From Alphaproteobacteria bacterium (lineage in GTDB: Bacteria; Pseudomonadota; Alphaproteobacteria; UBA828): DNA of 64,000 nucleotides. Both the position numbers and the translations under genes were made by a program. Location: contig CBDCCI010000002.1 of NCBI GenBank assembly GCA_965214705.1, forward strand, positions 1,664,001 through 1,728,000, written 5' to 3'. The notes beneath the pieces were generated by a model that was given only the letters and a program-made list of their open reading frames with translations, ran no database searches and was not told the origin of the DNA. Every line of letters starts with the position of its first letter. The stretch's first letter is position 1. Of this stretch, positions 19,137-30,031 are shown piece after piece.

Positions 19137-20861
19137 ATGCCTTTCACAATCCCGGAGCTAGCTCGTGCCGTGGGCAAGACCGAGAACTATGTACGGCAGC
19201 ATGTGTTCCGCAAGCACCTGGTTGTGCAGAAGGATGGACGCCACGTTACCGTCACGCATGATGAGGCACTGCGTTGGGCACGTGAGCGTCAGCTCCCCTT
19301 TGAACCCCCAGCGAAAGCATGGGAACCAACCCAGACGGCAAGGAGCCGGGCCGCTCGGATGAGCGTACTGACCCTGCATCACCCGGCAACGAAGCCGTGC
19401 AACCTCTTGACGGTCGTACGCCACCGTCGCCAGGACGCACTCGGTCCCTGGTCGAACGACACGAGCAAGACCTGGACGAGCGAGGCTCTCGGACATGGGC
19501 TGCGGCTGTCTTCACTCGATGCCCCTCTGGAACACTGCCAAGCACTGGTTGACGGCATCCTCGATTCTGCAACGCTCGTGACCGACGATGAACAAATTCA
19601 CTATGCCGTAGAACGAACTCCCCGGCATCGCCGCGCATTTCGCGATGAGCGAGGGCTCGCCGACGCCTCCATGACCAGCCCGTTCTCACGCTACAGCGCG
19701 GAAGTTGTCGAGTACTGGAGCCGTTCAGCCGAACCTCGCCGGCACTGGCTGAACTTGCTCGATTCTCTTCCCGGACCCACGCCCTTCCCCCTCTCTCGTC
19801 TGGGCATTCCGCTTGACCGCCTCTCCGACCGCGTTGGAAACATCATGATCGCCGGGGCCGAGGATGAAGTCGCCTGCGATCTGGCAGTGGGAAACGGCCG
19901 GACGCTCAGACTCCATGTCGATGCCGAACCACTTCTACCAGGCGCCTATCGCGCCATGGTCTGGGCCAGTTACGCCGGAGACGAGGTGCTTCGAAAAGAA
20001 GTCACCGTTACACAGCGCCTGACGACGATTCAGCTCGAATCCGATGTTGATCACATTGGCTTCGCCATCTTCCGGACCTCTGACGGACAATGCCTCGACC
20101 TCATGGAGGCGCCCCTGTGGTTGCGCATCGGTGGCCGAATAAGAGTCAATTCCGCTTCGACCCTGCGGTTCAGTGATCGCCAAGGCCGCGTGTACCACGA
20201 AGTGAATCCGCCTGGCCCCTCCACAGAGATCGACGTTTGTCTTGACGACGAACGCTGCGAACTTGACAAGGAAATCAGGCGACGATGGCTTGACCGGCGG
20301 GTTCGTGAACGAGAGGCTGCCGCGCGCAGGGAACGCAACTTGGCGCGCTTCCTGCCCCCTAACCTTGACGACGCGGTCGGCTACCTCGTCGAGCTTCTGC
20401 GCCACGACGCAGACCAAAAGACACCGATCTATCTCGCTGACCCCTATTTCGAGACGCTATTGCCGAGCGACGCCCGGAGGCACCAGGTCCTCAGAAAGAT
20501 CTACCTCGACATATTCGCAGCCACCGCTGGCACCCCGCTGCGGATACTGTGCGCAAAGAAGAAGCCGGCGCAAGGCGAGCCACCGCCATGGTGGTCCGCA
20601 TGTCCCGAACAGATAACGGCCCATGTCCGTGTCCGCTCATTCCGCAGCCAGGACGGCAGGACAGACGGATTTCACGACCGCTTCCTGATTACGCCCCGGC
20701 GCGAGTTCATCATCAGCCACTCGTTCAACGGCTGGCACAATCACGGCGTTACTTTCGTAAGCCTTCCTTACAATGTGTACCGCGCCGAAGCGGAGCAGCT
20801 CTGGTCGATGGACGTCGGATCCCCGACTGCCGACCTCCTGGTCTCCGAGATCGGACAATGA
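19137..20861 (+). CDS. N-terminal HTH + C-terminal PLD-like (VPA1262-type) domain protein, 574 aa
   Basis: MPFTIPELARAVGKTENYVRQH (MerR/excisionase-like HTH); IYLADPYF, FHDRFLI, ISHSFNG motifs. Confidence 0.7.
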   Translation: MPFTIPELARAVGKTENYVRQHVFRKHLVVQKDGRHVTVTHDEALRWARERQLPFEPPAKAWEPTQTARSRAARMSVLTLHHPATKPCNLLTVVRHRRQDALGPWSNDTSKTWTSEALGHGLRLSSLDAPLEHCQALVDGILDSATLVTDDEQIHYAVERTPRHRRAFRDERGLADASMTSPFSRYSAEVVEYWSRSAEPRRHWLNLLDSLPGPTPFPLSRLGIPLDRLSDRVGNIMIAGAEDEVACDLAVGNGRTLRLHVDAEPLLPGAYRAMVWASYAGDEVLRKEVTVTQRLTTIQLESDVDHIGFAIFRTSDGQCLDLMEAPLWLRIGGRIRVNSASTLRFSDRQGRVYHEVNPPGPSTEIDVCLDDERCELDKEIRRRWLDRRVREREAAARRERNLARFLPPNLDDAVGYLVELLRHDADQKTPIYLADPYFETLLPSDARRHQVLRKIYLDIFAATAGTPLRILCAKKKPAQGEPPPWWSACPEQITAHVRVRSFRSQDGRTDGFHDRFLITPRREFIISHSFNGWHNHGVTFVSLPYNVYRAEAEQLWSMDVGSPTADLLVSEIGQ

Positions 20862-23002
20862 CCACCCAAGCCGTGCAGCCGCCATCACTGACCGAGGACG
20901 CCAGGGCCGTTGTCTGGCAGATCTTCAGCGACGGCGCATCACCGCATACCCGGCGATCACCTTACGATGCGATCGAGCCGGTCATCAGCAAGCGCCTATC
21001 TTCCACTGATGCAGCCCCGTCCATCGCTGCGATACGTGAGTGGTTCGACTCTTACGACGATCAACGCTGGCTCAAGTCTGACATGCGAGAAGCGGTTGCC
21101 CACATGATTCTCGAAGGTGTGGGGACCCCGTGCAGAGAGGCGGAGGTCTGGGCCGTCGGGTCGATCGATGCCGAGGTGGCAATTCCACTCGTACGCTCCG
21201 TCTGGTCTTGCGAGCAAATCGACTCCCTTGTGGAAGCCGCGCTCGATGCCCTGGAGCAGCTCTGCAATCGCGACAACGTGCTCGATGCGTCCCGTCTCGT
21301 GAGGTCCCATTCCGCCCACTCCAGGATTGCGAGGCAGGACATAGAACGCAAAGGGCGGCTGGAGACCTTCAGCCAACTCGAGAGCCATGGTCTGGACCTG
21401 GTTCACCAAGCGCTGCACCCAGCGGCCGGCAATCTGCTCGCTCTCGTCGTCGACCTGCGACCCGAAGGGTTCGAATCGATGGTCGAGAGACTCGACCATC
21501 CCGTGGTGCAGGCGCGTGCCGCCCACCACATGGTTGCCGCAACCCGCCTTTCAGATCACCGCATCACCCTCCGATGGATAGCCCATGGTTCCTGCGATGG
21601 CTTGATAGCGCTGGCGATCGTGAACACTCTGAATACCGTCAACAGGCTGGACAGCGCTATCCGGCTTGCGGATCGCGCGGATTCCGATCGATACCCTCCA
21701 AACACCAATCCCCGTCCCCACCACGGCGACCTCGATACTGCCGCCGCAAGCCTGCTCGAAGGCCTAGTCGACCGGCTGGCCGTACTCGATCCTCCCGCCT
21801 GTGCCCGTTGGATCGGCGAACTGCTCAGCGGTGCCACCTTCGTGCTGAACCGACACCAGGACCACGAGATACCGCGCCGCGTCGCCCAACTCGAGAAGGC
21901 GTGCACCGACTTGTGTGTGCGCCTCTTTCGAACGTCATGGTCCGACAATCTGCTGCCCGAACTCATTGCCGGACTCAGTCATACGCCGCGCATGAGCTGG
22001 ACCCGACACCTAGGCGAGATTGCCTGGGAGCTACGCGATTTAGAGCCCGTACGGGCAGCCGAGATTTCCAGAACCGCGTTCGTTGAGCACGAGCGACAGA
22101 TCGCAGCGGAGTTGGAGCGCGGCCATGTATTCTTGGAGTGGCAAGATTGGGACCACCCTGAGTGGCTCACCTGCCTCGGCATTGCCCTTGCCATCTCCTG
22201 CAAGGATATCGACCTTGCGCACTGGGTCAGGACCCGGTGCCACGATTTGCCGTTAAGTGTCTGGGACGCAGAGGAGGACTTCAGCGCATTCAGCTCCGCC
22301 GATCGCGTCGTCCAGCACCGGTTCCTCGTCGCCCTCCACGCGATTCCGATACTGAAGGAACTCGGGCGCCCTGCCGATCCTGCTGCGGTCCTCGCTCTTG
22401 CAGAAACTCTCTGGGCCCACTGCAGTTTTGCGGCAAGCCGCCTCAACGGCGGTGCCGACGCGTCCATCGCGGCGGAGTACGCCGCTCGCTATGCCGTCGA
22501 ATATGGTGCACCGTCCGACGCGTGGTTGTTGGACCGGGTATGCGATCCCCAGGTCCCACCGCGATCTCTGTGGGGGCTGATCAACCAGCGTAACAAGAAA
22601 AACAACCGCGCAGGGGGCAATGATGCTGCCGACGACGATTTTGTCGTGGATGAGTTGGCGCGCATTGCCTCCGACCGTTTCGGCGATGGATCGGAATTCA
22701 ATCTCCAAGCCCTGCACTTCTGGGGTTTGCTATGGCTCCTTCTCGGCGCAACCGACGAGGCTGAAAAGACTGCCACGGCCATACTTGCTTTCCCGTTGAG
22801 ACCGCACGAACGCGCCTACAAGATTCTGGCACTGAAATTGCTAGCTAGGGTGTCCAGATCAAGGAGTCTGCCCCCAACGCTAGTCGAATTTACCGCTTCC
22901 GTCTACAGACAACTCTGGCCGGGCTACACGCCCCACGAAGAGCGCTCGGACCGCCAGTACATCGACGAGATGCTGGAACAATCTATGTCCCGCATTCTTT
23001 GA
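20858..23002 (+). CDS. Hypothetical alpha-helical protein, 714 aa
   Basis: ATGA overlap with the upstream gene gives start MTTQAV; long uninterrupted ORF with no recognisable motif. Confidence 0.75.
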   Translation: MTTQAVQPPSLTEDARAVVWQIFSDGASPHTRRSPYDAIEPVISKRLSSTDAAPSIAAIREWFDSYDDQRWLKSDMREAVAHMILEGVGTPCREAEVWAVGSIDAEVAIPLVRSVWSCEQIDSLVEAALDALEQLCNRDNVLDASRLVRSHSAHSRIARQDIERKGRLETFSQLESHGLDLVHQALHPAAGNLLALVVDLRPEGFESMVERLDHPVVQARAAHHMVAATRLSDHRITLRWIAHGSCDGLIALAIVNTLNTVNRLDSAIRLADRADSDRYPPNTNPRPHHGDLDTAAASLLEGLVDRLAVLDPPACARWIGELLSGATFVLNRHQDHEIPRRVAQLEKACTDLCVRLFRTSWSDNLLPELIAGLSHTPRMSWTRHLGEIAWELRDLEPVRAAEISRTAFVEHERQIAAELERGHVFLEWQDWDHPEWLTCLGIALAISCKDIDLAHWVRTRCHDLPLSVWDAEEDFSAFSSADRVVQHRFLVALHAIPILKELGRPADPAAVLALAETLWAHCSFAASRLNGGADASIAAEYAARYAVEYGAPSDAWLLDRVCDPQVPPRSLWGLINQRNKKNNRAGGNDAADDDFVVDELARIASDRFGDGSEFNLQALHFWGLLWLLLGATDEAEKTATAILAFPLRPHERAYKILALKLLARVSRSRSLPPTLVEFTASVYRQLWPGYTPHEERSDRQYIDEMLEQSMSRIL

Positions 23003-23526
23003 GTCAAACTCGCTGCAACCTCGAAGCTGAAAGACAATCAAGTTGGACGAAGCGGGTATCCGGTTTCGACCAGCCTCGTCAGCTGCTCTGCAACCGGCCT
23101 ATTCCACCCGTCGCCGCGCGTGGCTCACCTGCGCCGTCTGCCGTTGAGTCAGACAGACCTGTATCCCGGGTTTGACAGCACATAGATACGCTTCGTGCCT
23201 TGCTGAAAAATGGAAAGTTTCCAAGTTGGGAGGAGTTGATTCTCTCGCCGTAGCAGACAAATTGGAATGCTGCAAAGAACCGGTGGACGTGACAGGTTCG
23301 GCGATGCCGGCTTGGCGACCAACGGCAGCGCTATCGCATCTATGTCTGCTAACTGACCGCTATCGAACAGCACAACGCCAACCCCATCCCCTTCGTCAGT
23401 ACAGCCACCGACGGGGCAATCATCGAAAAAGTCACCCGTGGAAGTCAAGCATTGGAATCTCGGCACTCGCGACAGCAATTTCTTCGTCAGAAGAACGGTT
23501 CCTCCAGAAGCTCAGATTGGCGCACT

Positions 23527-24250
23527 TCAAAAGAATATCCAAACTCTTCTATTGCGCCGGATACAACGTCGGGAAACCACAATGGTGCAAAGGGAGATAT
23601 GGTCACATCGTTGATTAAGAACCATTAGGTCACAGGTCAATGTTTTTCCTTTCACCGGATTTTTATGTTCGTTTTGCAGAGTTACCCTAACCTCGCATTC
23701 ATGACTGAGCGATCGGCGTTTACAGAAAATGCGTTCATTTTGAATCGTCGCAAAAGAGTGTCGGAAATCCAAGTAATGGACCCGCCCTACAAATGCACTG
23801 GCATCTCGTGCGGTCGCTTCCCAAAGCTGGTCTACGGTCGTTCGAATCGCAACTCTCGGTGTTGGAGAAGGACAGTAGAGCCGCCAAAGAGCTTCAGACT
23901 CCGTATCATTATCATGCCAACAGCTGACTAGCAAACTCCGTGCACGCGATGACCCAGCTTTAAGTTGCTCAAGCAGTTTATTGGCCTCGCTCTCGATCCT
24001 CTCTTCTGACCAGTCCGGATGCGAGAACCCTGGAGGTGGCGTCACTACTATTTAACGGAAATAGCTGAGATAAAACTCATCCCAGTCTAGCTCTCGGCGT
24101 GCTAGCCCAATCGCACCCTCGAATTGATCTTCGAGTCCATGGACGCTCGGCAAATAAAGCCCTCTCTGCTGTAACATTGCGACGAACTTGGCGAATTCCA
24201 TATAACGCCAAACCCACTGATTGTCCTCGACTGATAAGTCTTATGTACCG
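23527..24250 (-). pseudogene. Frameshifted DUF2971-like gene
   Basis: WRYMEFAKF..GLYL..LEDQFEG upstream, then SCWH..ESEALWRLY and KRRSLSHECEVR in another frame; low GC. Confidence 0.6.
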
Positions 24251-24479
24251 GTCCAAAATACCGGAATTGCTAGCTCCTCGAGTTGATGGGCGCAGCAGGC
24301 ACCGACCAATAATGATCTGCCACCGGCCTCATATCCCGCAAAAGCAGGACGTCCCTTGGGGATCTTATGGTTGCAGGAAACGCACCGATTCCACTGTTGA
24401 GTCATCACACGGCGCAACCCGGGAGTGATATGAGCAGTGGACTTCAGGCGGTCGAAGACTGCCAGATCTTCTGGCTGAA

Positions 24480-24810
24480 TATCTATCTCAGAAATTGTTC
24501 AACCTCCTACAGCCGCTTGTATGACCACATCCGCCTCAGCGAGGGCTTGCCCGGGGGCGTGTTTTGTCGCGGCACAACTCGTCGACGCCGGCCTCAACGT
24601 AGCGCGCGCCAACGTCGTGTGGTCGGCTTGCTCACCCCCAAGCAACGCCGAATTTCATCCGTGTCGACGCCGGCCAAGGCCAATATCTGCGCCCGCCGGG
24701 CATGTTTCTGCGACGTATTGCCGTTGGAAATCAAGGCCCTCAGCCGCTCCCGATCCCCGGGAACCAGCTGAATCCTCACCATCTTGCCCACACACGCACA
24801 CTCATATCAA
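24480..24810 (-). pseudogene. IS630 transposase remnant
   Basis: DRERLRALI...QKHARRAQIL...GVSKPTTRRW N-terminal HTH followed by deletions. Confidence 0.7.
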
Positions 24811-24871
24811 ATCCACCGGATCGGAAACTTTTGTTTCCCGCAACGGCGCGGACCGATCTCCAGCACCGCAC

Positions 24872-25903
24872 TCAATCGCCTTGGTCTTCCCGCGCGTTTG
24901 CCCTGGCTTCGATGCCGGCGCAGCGCTCCATCAGGCGCCCGAAGGGCTCGTCGACATCGATCAGCATGCCGTCGGTCAACATTCTGCCGTAGTCGTCGGC
25001 CAGGACATCGAAGGCCGGGCCTGACGGGATCAGCTGCAGTCCGCCGCCGATTGCGTCGTGGTAGTCGATTTCGTTGCCGGCCGCGTCCTTCTCCCGGAAA
25101 AACATCGCCTTGTGGCGTGCCACGGAACGGGCGATCGCACCGTTCGCGAGAGCACGGGCCGCAACGCCGGCATCGTCGAGCCGCGCTAGGTCGTGCCAGT
25201 GGCGGGACAGGCGCTCGCCGCGTTTCCTCTCCTGTCGGCAGAAGACATGGATGGCGGTGGCTTTCTCCCAGAACGTCCGCTCGGCCAGCATGACGGACGG
25301 TCGAGCCTCCGGAAACAGAAGATCGGGCAACAACGGGGCCGCGTCGCATTCGACCAGCCGGACGACCCGGGGTTCGCCCGTCGAGCGCGCCCCGAACTCC
25401 ACCGTGACTTCCGGACGCACGAAGGCGTAGTCGTCGAACAGCGGTTCATAGACGATGCGCAGGCGCTCCGCATCTGCCCTTACCTGGGGCTTGAAACCGT
25501 CGCGGCGAAGGTGCGCTTCAACCGACGGCGTGGCCTCGTCGACGACCCAGGCGTCGAGACGGGCCCGGATCGCCTTAGTCCAGCGGCGCTCCTGGCTGCG
25601 CGTGGGCGGCAGCGCCTCGGCCCCGGCATCGGCGACCAGGTCGGGGGCGAAGGCCCGGATGTCATAAGTGATGTCGACGTCTTCGGAGAAGCGGCGGATC
25701 GCGCGGTATGCCTTCGACAGCGAGGTTCCGCCCTTGAACGCGAGGCCCTTGCCGAAGGGCGCATCGAACAGGGCGTGGAGCGTTGCGACGACCCAGATGT
25801 CCTTCTCGAGCAGGAACGCACGGTGCGGGCTGCCGGCTTCGGCAACGCGCAGGGCATCGCGCCGGTCGGCGGCGGAGAGCGACCGATACGGCGTCTCAGC
25901 CAT
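24872..25903 (-). CDS. abiEii: Type IV TA toxin, AbiEii nucleotidyltransferase
   Basis: LEKDIWV, FKGGTSLSKAY..IRRFSEDVD, ERTFWEKAT, SRHWHD. Confidence 0.93.
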   Translation of the reverse strand: MAETPYRSLSAADRRDALRVAEAGSPHRAFLLEKDIWVVATLHALFDAPFGKGLAFKGGTSLSKAYRAIRRFSEDVDITYDIRAFAPDLVADAGAEALPPTRSQERRWTKAIRARLDAWVVDEATPSVEAHLRRDGFKPQVRADAERLRIVYEPLFDDYAFVRPEVTVEFGARSTGEPRVVRLVECDAAPLLPDLLFPEARPSVMLAERTFWEKATAIHVFCRQERKRGERLSRHWHDLARLDDAGVAARALANGAIARSVARHKAMFFREKDAAGNEIDYHDAIGGGLQLIPSGPAFDVLADDYGRMLTDGMLIDVDEPFGRLMERCAGIEARANAREDQGD

Positions 25904-26492
25904 GGGAGAGGCGCGCGCTGATCGGTTCCGCCATCCAGATGGGCATGATCGCCCGCGCGGCGGCGAGCTCGTCGACTTCAGCACCGGAGAGCCGGGGCAG
26001 GAGCGCCTCGAGACCCTCCTCGACCTCGAGCGGGCCGAGCCAGGCAAGAGCGCGAATGACCTCGCCCGCCTTGCGGCGCGGCGCCGCCAGTTGCCAGCGG
26101 GGAGCGTGACGCAGTTCGACCGTGACGCGCCCGAAATGGAGCCGACGGCTGCGGCCCGAGGTGAGATACACCGCGCGGACGGGATTCTGAGCGGTCAGGC
26201 CCAGCCGGTTGGCCGCGGAGCCGCCGCAGGGGACGATGATCTCGCCCCAGAGCTCGGAGAGCGCTTCGAGCGCCTTGCCGATGCGCGGCGGACACGGACC
26301 GAAGCGCGTCTCGACGGGGCGCATGTAGACGCCCTGGCAGATGCGCATCAACCGTCCGGCGCGAGCGAGGCGCGCCAGCGCCTGGTCCACCGCCGCACGC
26401 TTGCCCAGGTGAAGGAGGGCGGCCGGACAGATCGGGGTCGCCTCGGGAAGGCCAGAGGCGTGCTCCATGATGCGTTTCGGAAGGCTGGGCAT
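25896..26492 (-). CDS. abiEi: Type IV TA antitoxin, AbiEi-like (DUF6088-type)
   Basis: AVDQALARL..G.LMRICQGVY, AANRLGLTAQNP..VYLTSGRSR; overlaps toxin start. Confidence 0.88.
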   Translation of the reverse strand: MPSLPKRIMEHASGLPEATPICPAALLHLGKRAAVDQALARLARAGRLMRICQGVYMRPVETRFGPCPPRIGKALEALSELWGEIIVPCGGSAANRLGLTAQNPVRAVYLTSGRSRRLHFGRVTVELRHAPRWQLAAPRRKAGEVIRALAWLGPLEVEEGLEALLPRLSGAEVDELAAARAIMPIWMAEPISARLSHG

Positions 26493-26903
26493 GGCTCTGT
26501 CCCGTAAGTCTGTCAGAAATATAGGTGTGAAAACGCCATTTCGCAACGTAGGTTCGGGGTGAGGCTCTCCGACGTGAACACCGGTTACGGAGAGCCGTTC
26601 CGCCACGGGCCCGGCGGGAGATCCTGCGGCTGACCCGTATCGACGACATCATCCGGCAGCGCCGCACCATCTATGCGGAGGCCGCACGAGGACTCTGCTT
26701 CTCGACATAACCTGTCGCGACCGCTTTGCGGTGAATTCCGCGAGTATTCGCTGGAGCGCCTTCTACGCCTCCTGATAGCACTCCGCTGCGATATCGACGT
26801 CGTCATCCGACCTTCGGTTTCAAACACCTGAGGATCGCTACGCATCTCCCCGCCCGAACTCGACTGAGGACGACACCGATGCGTTCACGACGGGGATGCC
26901 GCG

Positions 26904-28209
26904 TTAGTGCGCGAGAGGGTCTTCATGGTCTTCCGTATCCTGCAGACTTCGGGTTTTTTCTCTGAATTCCGCGAGCGCAGCCTCGTAGCGTTGCCTTGCG
27001 TTCCCAGAATTGGAGATCACTGCCAATTGGGACAGCTGCCCGGATTGGGCACTCCCGTAGATCATTCCGAGCGCGTCACCTGGGGAATACGCACCCGGTG
27101 CGAAGGAGTCGTCGAAGGGGTGTAGTTCTCGTATGGCAATCGTAAGCCATTGATACAACGCGGTTCATGGGTCGAGGCAAACAGGCGAAATCGTAGTTTC
27201 GTGACAATCGCCCGTTCCAGGGCAGGATTTTGTCACGACATTGGGCGTCACCGGGAGGTGAGGATGCTCCGCACCGCAGGAACTCATGGATCAAGCCGAG
27301 TCAATCATCGCCATACGAGAACTACACCCCGTCGAAGAGCGCCCTGAACAAGTAACTCGGCAAGTCAAGACTCTCTTGTAGAACGGCCGTCCGGGACGGT
27401 GGCGCACGAACCTTGGATACTGGCTTGACCAGAGGTGGGAGCGGCCATTCGATCTTCTTGGTGCTGTTTTCGTAAAACACATAAGCTGAGGCACATGGGT
27501 TTTGAGACAGCAGATCGTACTGGAAACCCCGAGTGGCGTGCTTCTGCGATACATCCGCATTTGGCCGAACATATCTCTTGGCTTGAAATATCAATGGAAC
27601 AATCCTGACACTTGGGGAACTATCCTGCCCACCTGATTGAGATTTTTTTTCGTCGAACTCCAGAATTAATCCAAAATCGCCTCCTGTTTCCTGTTCACCT
27701 CCAAGAATCGACAGGTCAATACGTTCGAGAGACAAAATTGCTTCTGCACGGTCCAGCGGTGCAGCCGCTATCTTCCTCCATTCCTCGCACTGCCTGGAAA
27801 TCTCAGCAAAAAGCATTCCAGTGAGCTGACCCTCTTCAGTGGGGCTTGAACAGTAATCCAACTGAAAATTGACTGAGCTTTCGTGCAGAGCGAGATAAAA
27901 GCACCAAGTAATGACGCTCCGGTGCATCACTGGATCCACAAGAACGTGCCGCAGAACTCCTTCAAGGGATCGCAACGCTTCGGGACCATCCCGCCAGAGA
28001 CCAACAAGACTAGCCTGACCAACCTCAGAAAATGACTCCAACCATTTCGAGACTAACGTCTCGCGAATCCGTTCACTTATGTCAGGCGACGCATGGTTAA
28101 GGATTTGGCGAGATAGAATCGACTTCTCGGAGTTGATTGCTTTTTCCGCAACGGACCTCAGGTCGACGGCCTCATCGACTGTTAATCCGAATTCGTCGAC
28201 AAATGACAT
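26904..28209 (-). pseudogene. Putative PD-(D/E)xK-type nuclease, frameshifted near 27322
   Basis: EQETGGDFGL...LIFQAKR motif; low GC; ORF fragments continue to 26904. Confidence 0.5.
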
Positions 28210-28439
28210 ATCAGGTCAGGCTTCTACTTCGCCAAGGTTCTCAAGGTCATTGTTTCTTCCACCCATCATACTCCCACGCGTTCGTTCCTTCGCGAACGGG
28301 GCCTCCCACATCTCGCTGTATCACTCCTCACGCTCCGCCCGGCCCAAGATGATCAAGCGGGCGTTTGCACGCAAGATTGACTCTCCGTTTGAAGTGAAGT
28401 AGAGTAATGTCACTCGCTCCTACGCATATTGGAACCGCC

Positions 28440-28664
28440 ATGCCCCAACAGGTGACAGCGCGATTGCCGGACCCGGTGGTCGATGCGCTGGATGCGGCCG
28501 CACAGCAGCTCCGTCGCAGCCGCGCGGACGTGATCCGCCTCGCCGTCGAGCACTACCTCGAAGACTTCGACGATCTCTCCACCGCCATCGACCGGCTCCG
28601 CGATCCCACGGATCCGGTGCTGGACTGGGACGAGGTCCGGCGTGAGCTTCTCGATACAGATTAA
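28440..28664 (+). CDS. RHH antitoxin (RelB/CopG-like)
   Basis: QVTARLP...LDAAA...SRADVIRLAVEHYLEDFDD; overlaps toxin. Confidence 0.88.
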   Translation: MPQQVTARLPDPVVDALDAAAQQLRRSRADVIRLAVEHYLEDFDDLSTAIDRLRDPTDPVLDWDEVRRELLDTD

Positions 28665-28908
28665 GGAGAGCGCGGCCAAGGAGCTGAGGCGTGTGGCCAA
28701 GCCGGACCGCACGCGCATCGTCGCAGCGATCGACCGGCTGGCAGAGACCCCTCATCTCGGTGCCGCGCTGAAAGGCGACCTGCGGGGGCTCAGGCGACTC
28801 CGGGTGGGAGACTACCGCGTCGTGTACGAAATCCGGGACGAGGAACTCATCGTTCTGGTCGTTCGCGTCGCGCACCGGCGAGACGCCTATCGGCGGACAG
28901 GATCGTGA
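28642..28908 (+). CDS. relE: RelE/ParE family toxin
   Basis: RRLRVGDYRVVYEI...LVVRVAHRRDAY. Confidence 0.92.
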   Translation: MSFSIQIKESAAKELRRVAKPDRTRIVAAIDRLAETPHLGAALKGDLRGLRRLRVGDYRVVYEIRDEELIVLVVRVAHRRDAYRRTGS

Positions 28909-29127
28909 GACTGGCTGCGAAGACCGCCCCGAACCATCGATTGTGACGTCCCCGCCAAAATATATTCGTCGGGTCAGCCAGGGCCACAGGGGGGCCTCCG
29001 CGTGGCCTCCGAGGGCCAAGGGTATGATGTAGCCCATTGATACCACTGACTAAATCCCTTGACAATACTCGCCCCGTCCCAAAGATCGCCCTTCATATGG
29101 GCCGAAGTTGCGGGGAGGCGGGGCATT

Positions 29128-29328
29128 ATGGGAAGAAGCGGGAGCGGACGGTCCAGGGACCGCGTCGCCGCCAACGACAACGGCGCGGCCGAGGCCCGGG
29201 TCCGGTCTGCCGTGCTGACCATCGCACGTCTGCTCGGACGCCAGATCGCCCGCGAGCAGTTCGAGCGACAGGTTGCGGCAAACGACAATACGCCGGTCAA
29301 GAAGACCGGAGACCGACAGAAGCGATGA
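29128..29328 (+). CDS. Small basic protein with two AANDN motifs, upstream of the recombinase
   Basis: GGGAGG RBS; stop 1 bp before the recombinase ATG. Confidence 0.6.
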   Translation: MGRSGSGRSRDRVAANDNGAAEARVRSAVLTIARLLGRQIAREQFERQVAANDNTPVKKTGDRQKR

Positions 29329-30031
29329 CATGATCCGTGCCGCCCTCTACGCCGCTACTCCTCGGACCTCCAGAGCGAAGCCTCGATCGAGGACCAGTTC
29401 CGGATTTGCCGGGAACACGCGGAGCGCGCGGGCTGGACAATCGTGGACACCTACCGCGACGCGGCTATCTCCGGCGACAGCATGATCCTGCGCCCGGGCA
29501 TCCAGGCGCTGCTGGCCGATGCCCGCTCCGGCGCATTCGACGTGGTGATTGCGGAAGCATTGGATCGGATGAGTCGTGACCAGGCCGATGTCTCGGCGCT
29601 GTTCAAGCACCTTCAGTTCGCCCGGGTGATGATCGTCACGCTCGCCGAGGGTGAGATCAACGAACTGCACGTCGGCCTCAAGGGCACGATGAACGCGCTC
29701 TTCCTGAAGGACCTCGCGGCCAAGGTTAAGGGTTGGGCAGGCTCTCTCTCGAGAGCCTGCCCAACCCTTTTGAACGAAGCCGCGGGCCACGAGAGGCGAA
29801 GTTGAGCTATGTGGAAAGTGCGCTGATGTCAGCGTCAGGCGGCATCCACCGGCAGCAGAGTTGCGCATAAAATCGACGCTCGCGCCGGTCTTTCGGCAGG
29901 CATGCGGGCGCACGCTGCGAGGACTGAGCGGGGTGTGAGCCGAGGGCTGTCAGCCCGGCTCAAGCGGAGACAGGTTCGGTCGTGCGTCGGCGCTTTGGCG
30001 CCGTTGCGCGGGGCCGAAGCGAGCGGGCGTC

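Noticed and set aside
20549-20857. N-terminal extension of the 817-aa ORF
   Set aside because: Overlaps the upstream gene; the ATGA-coupled start at 20858 is more plausible.
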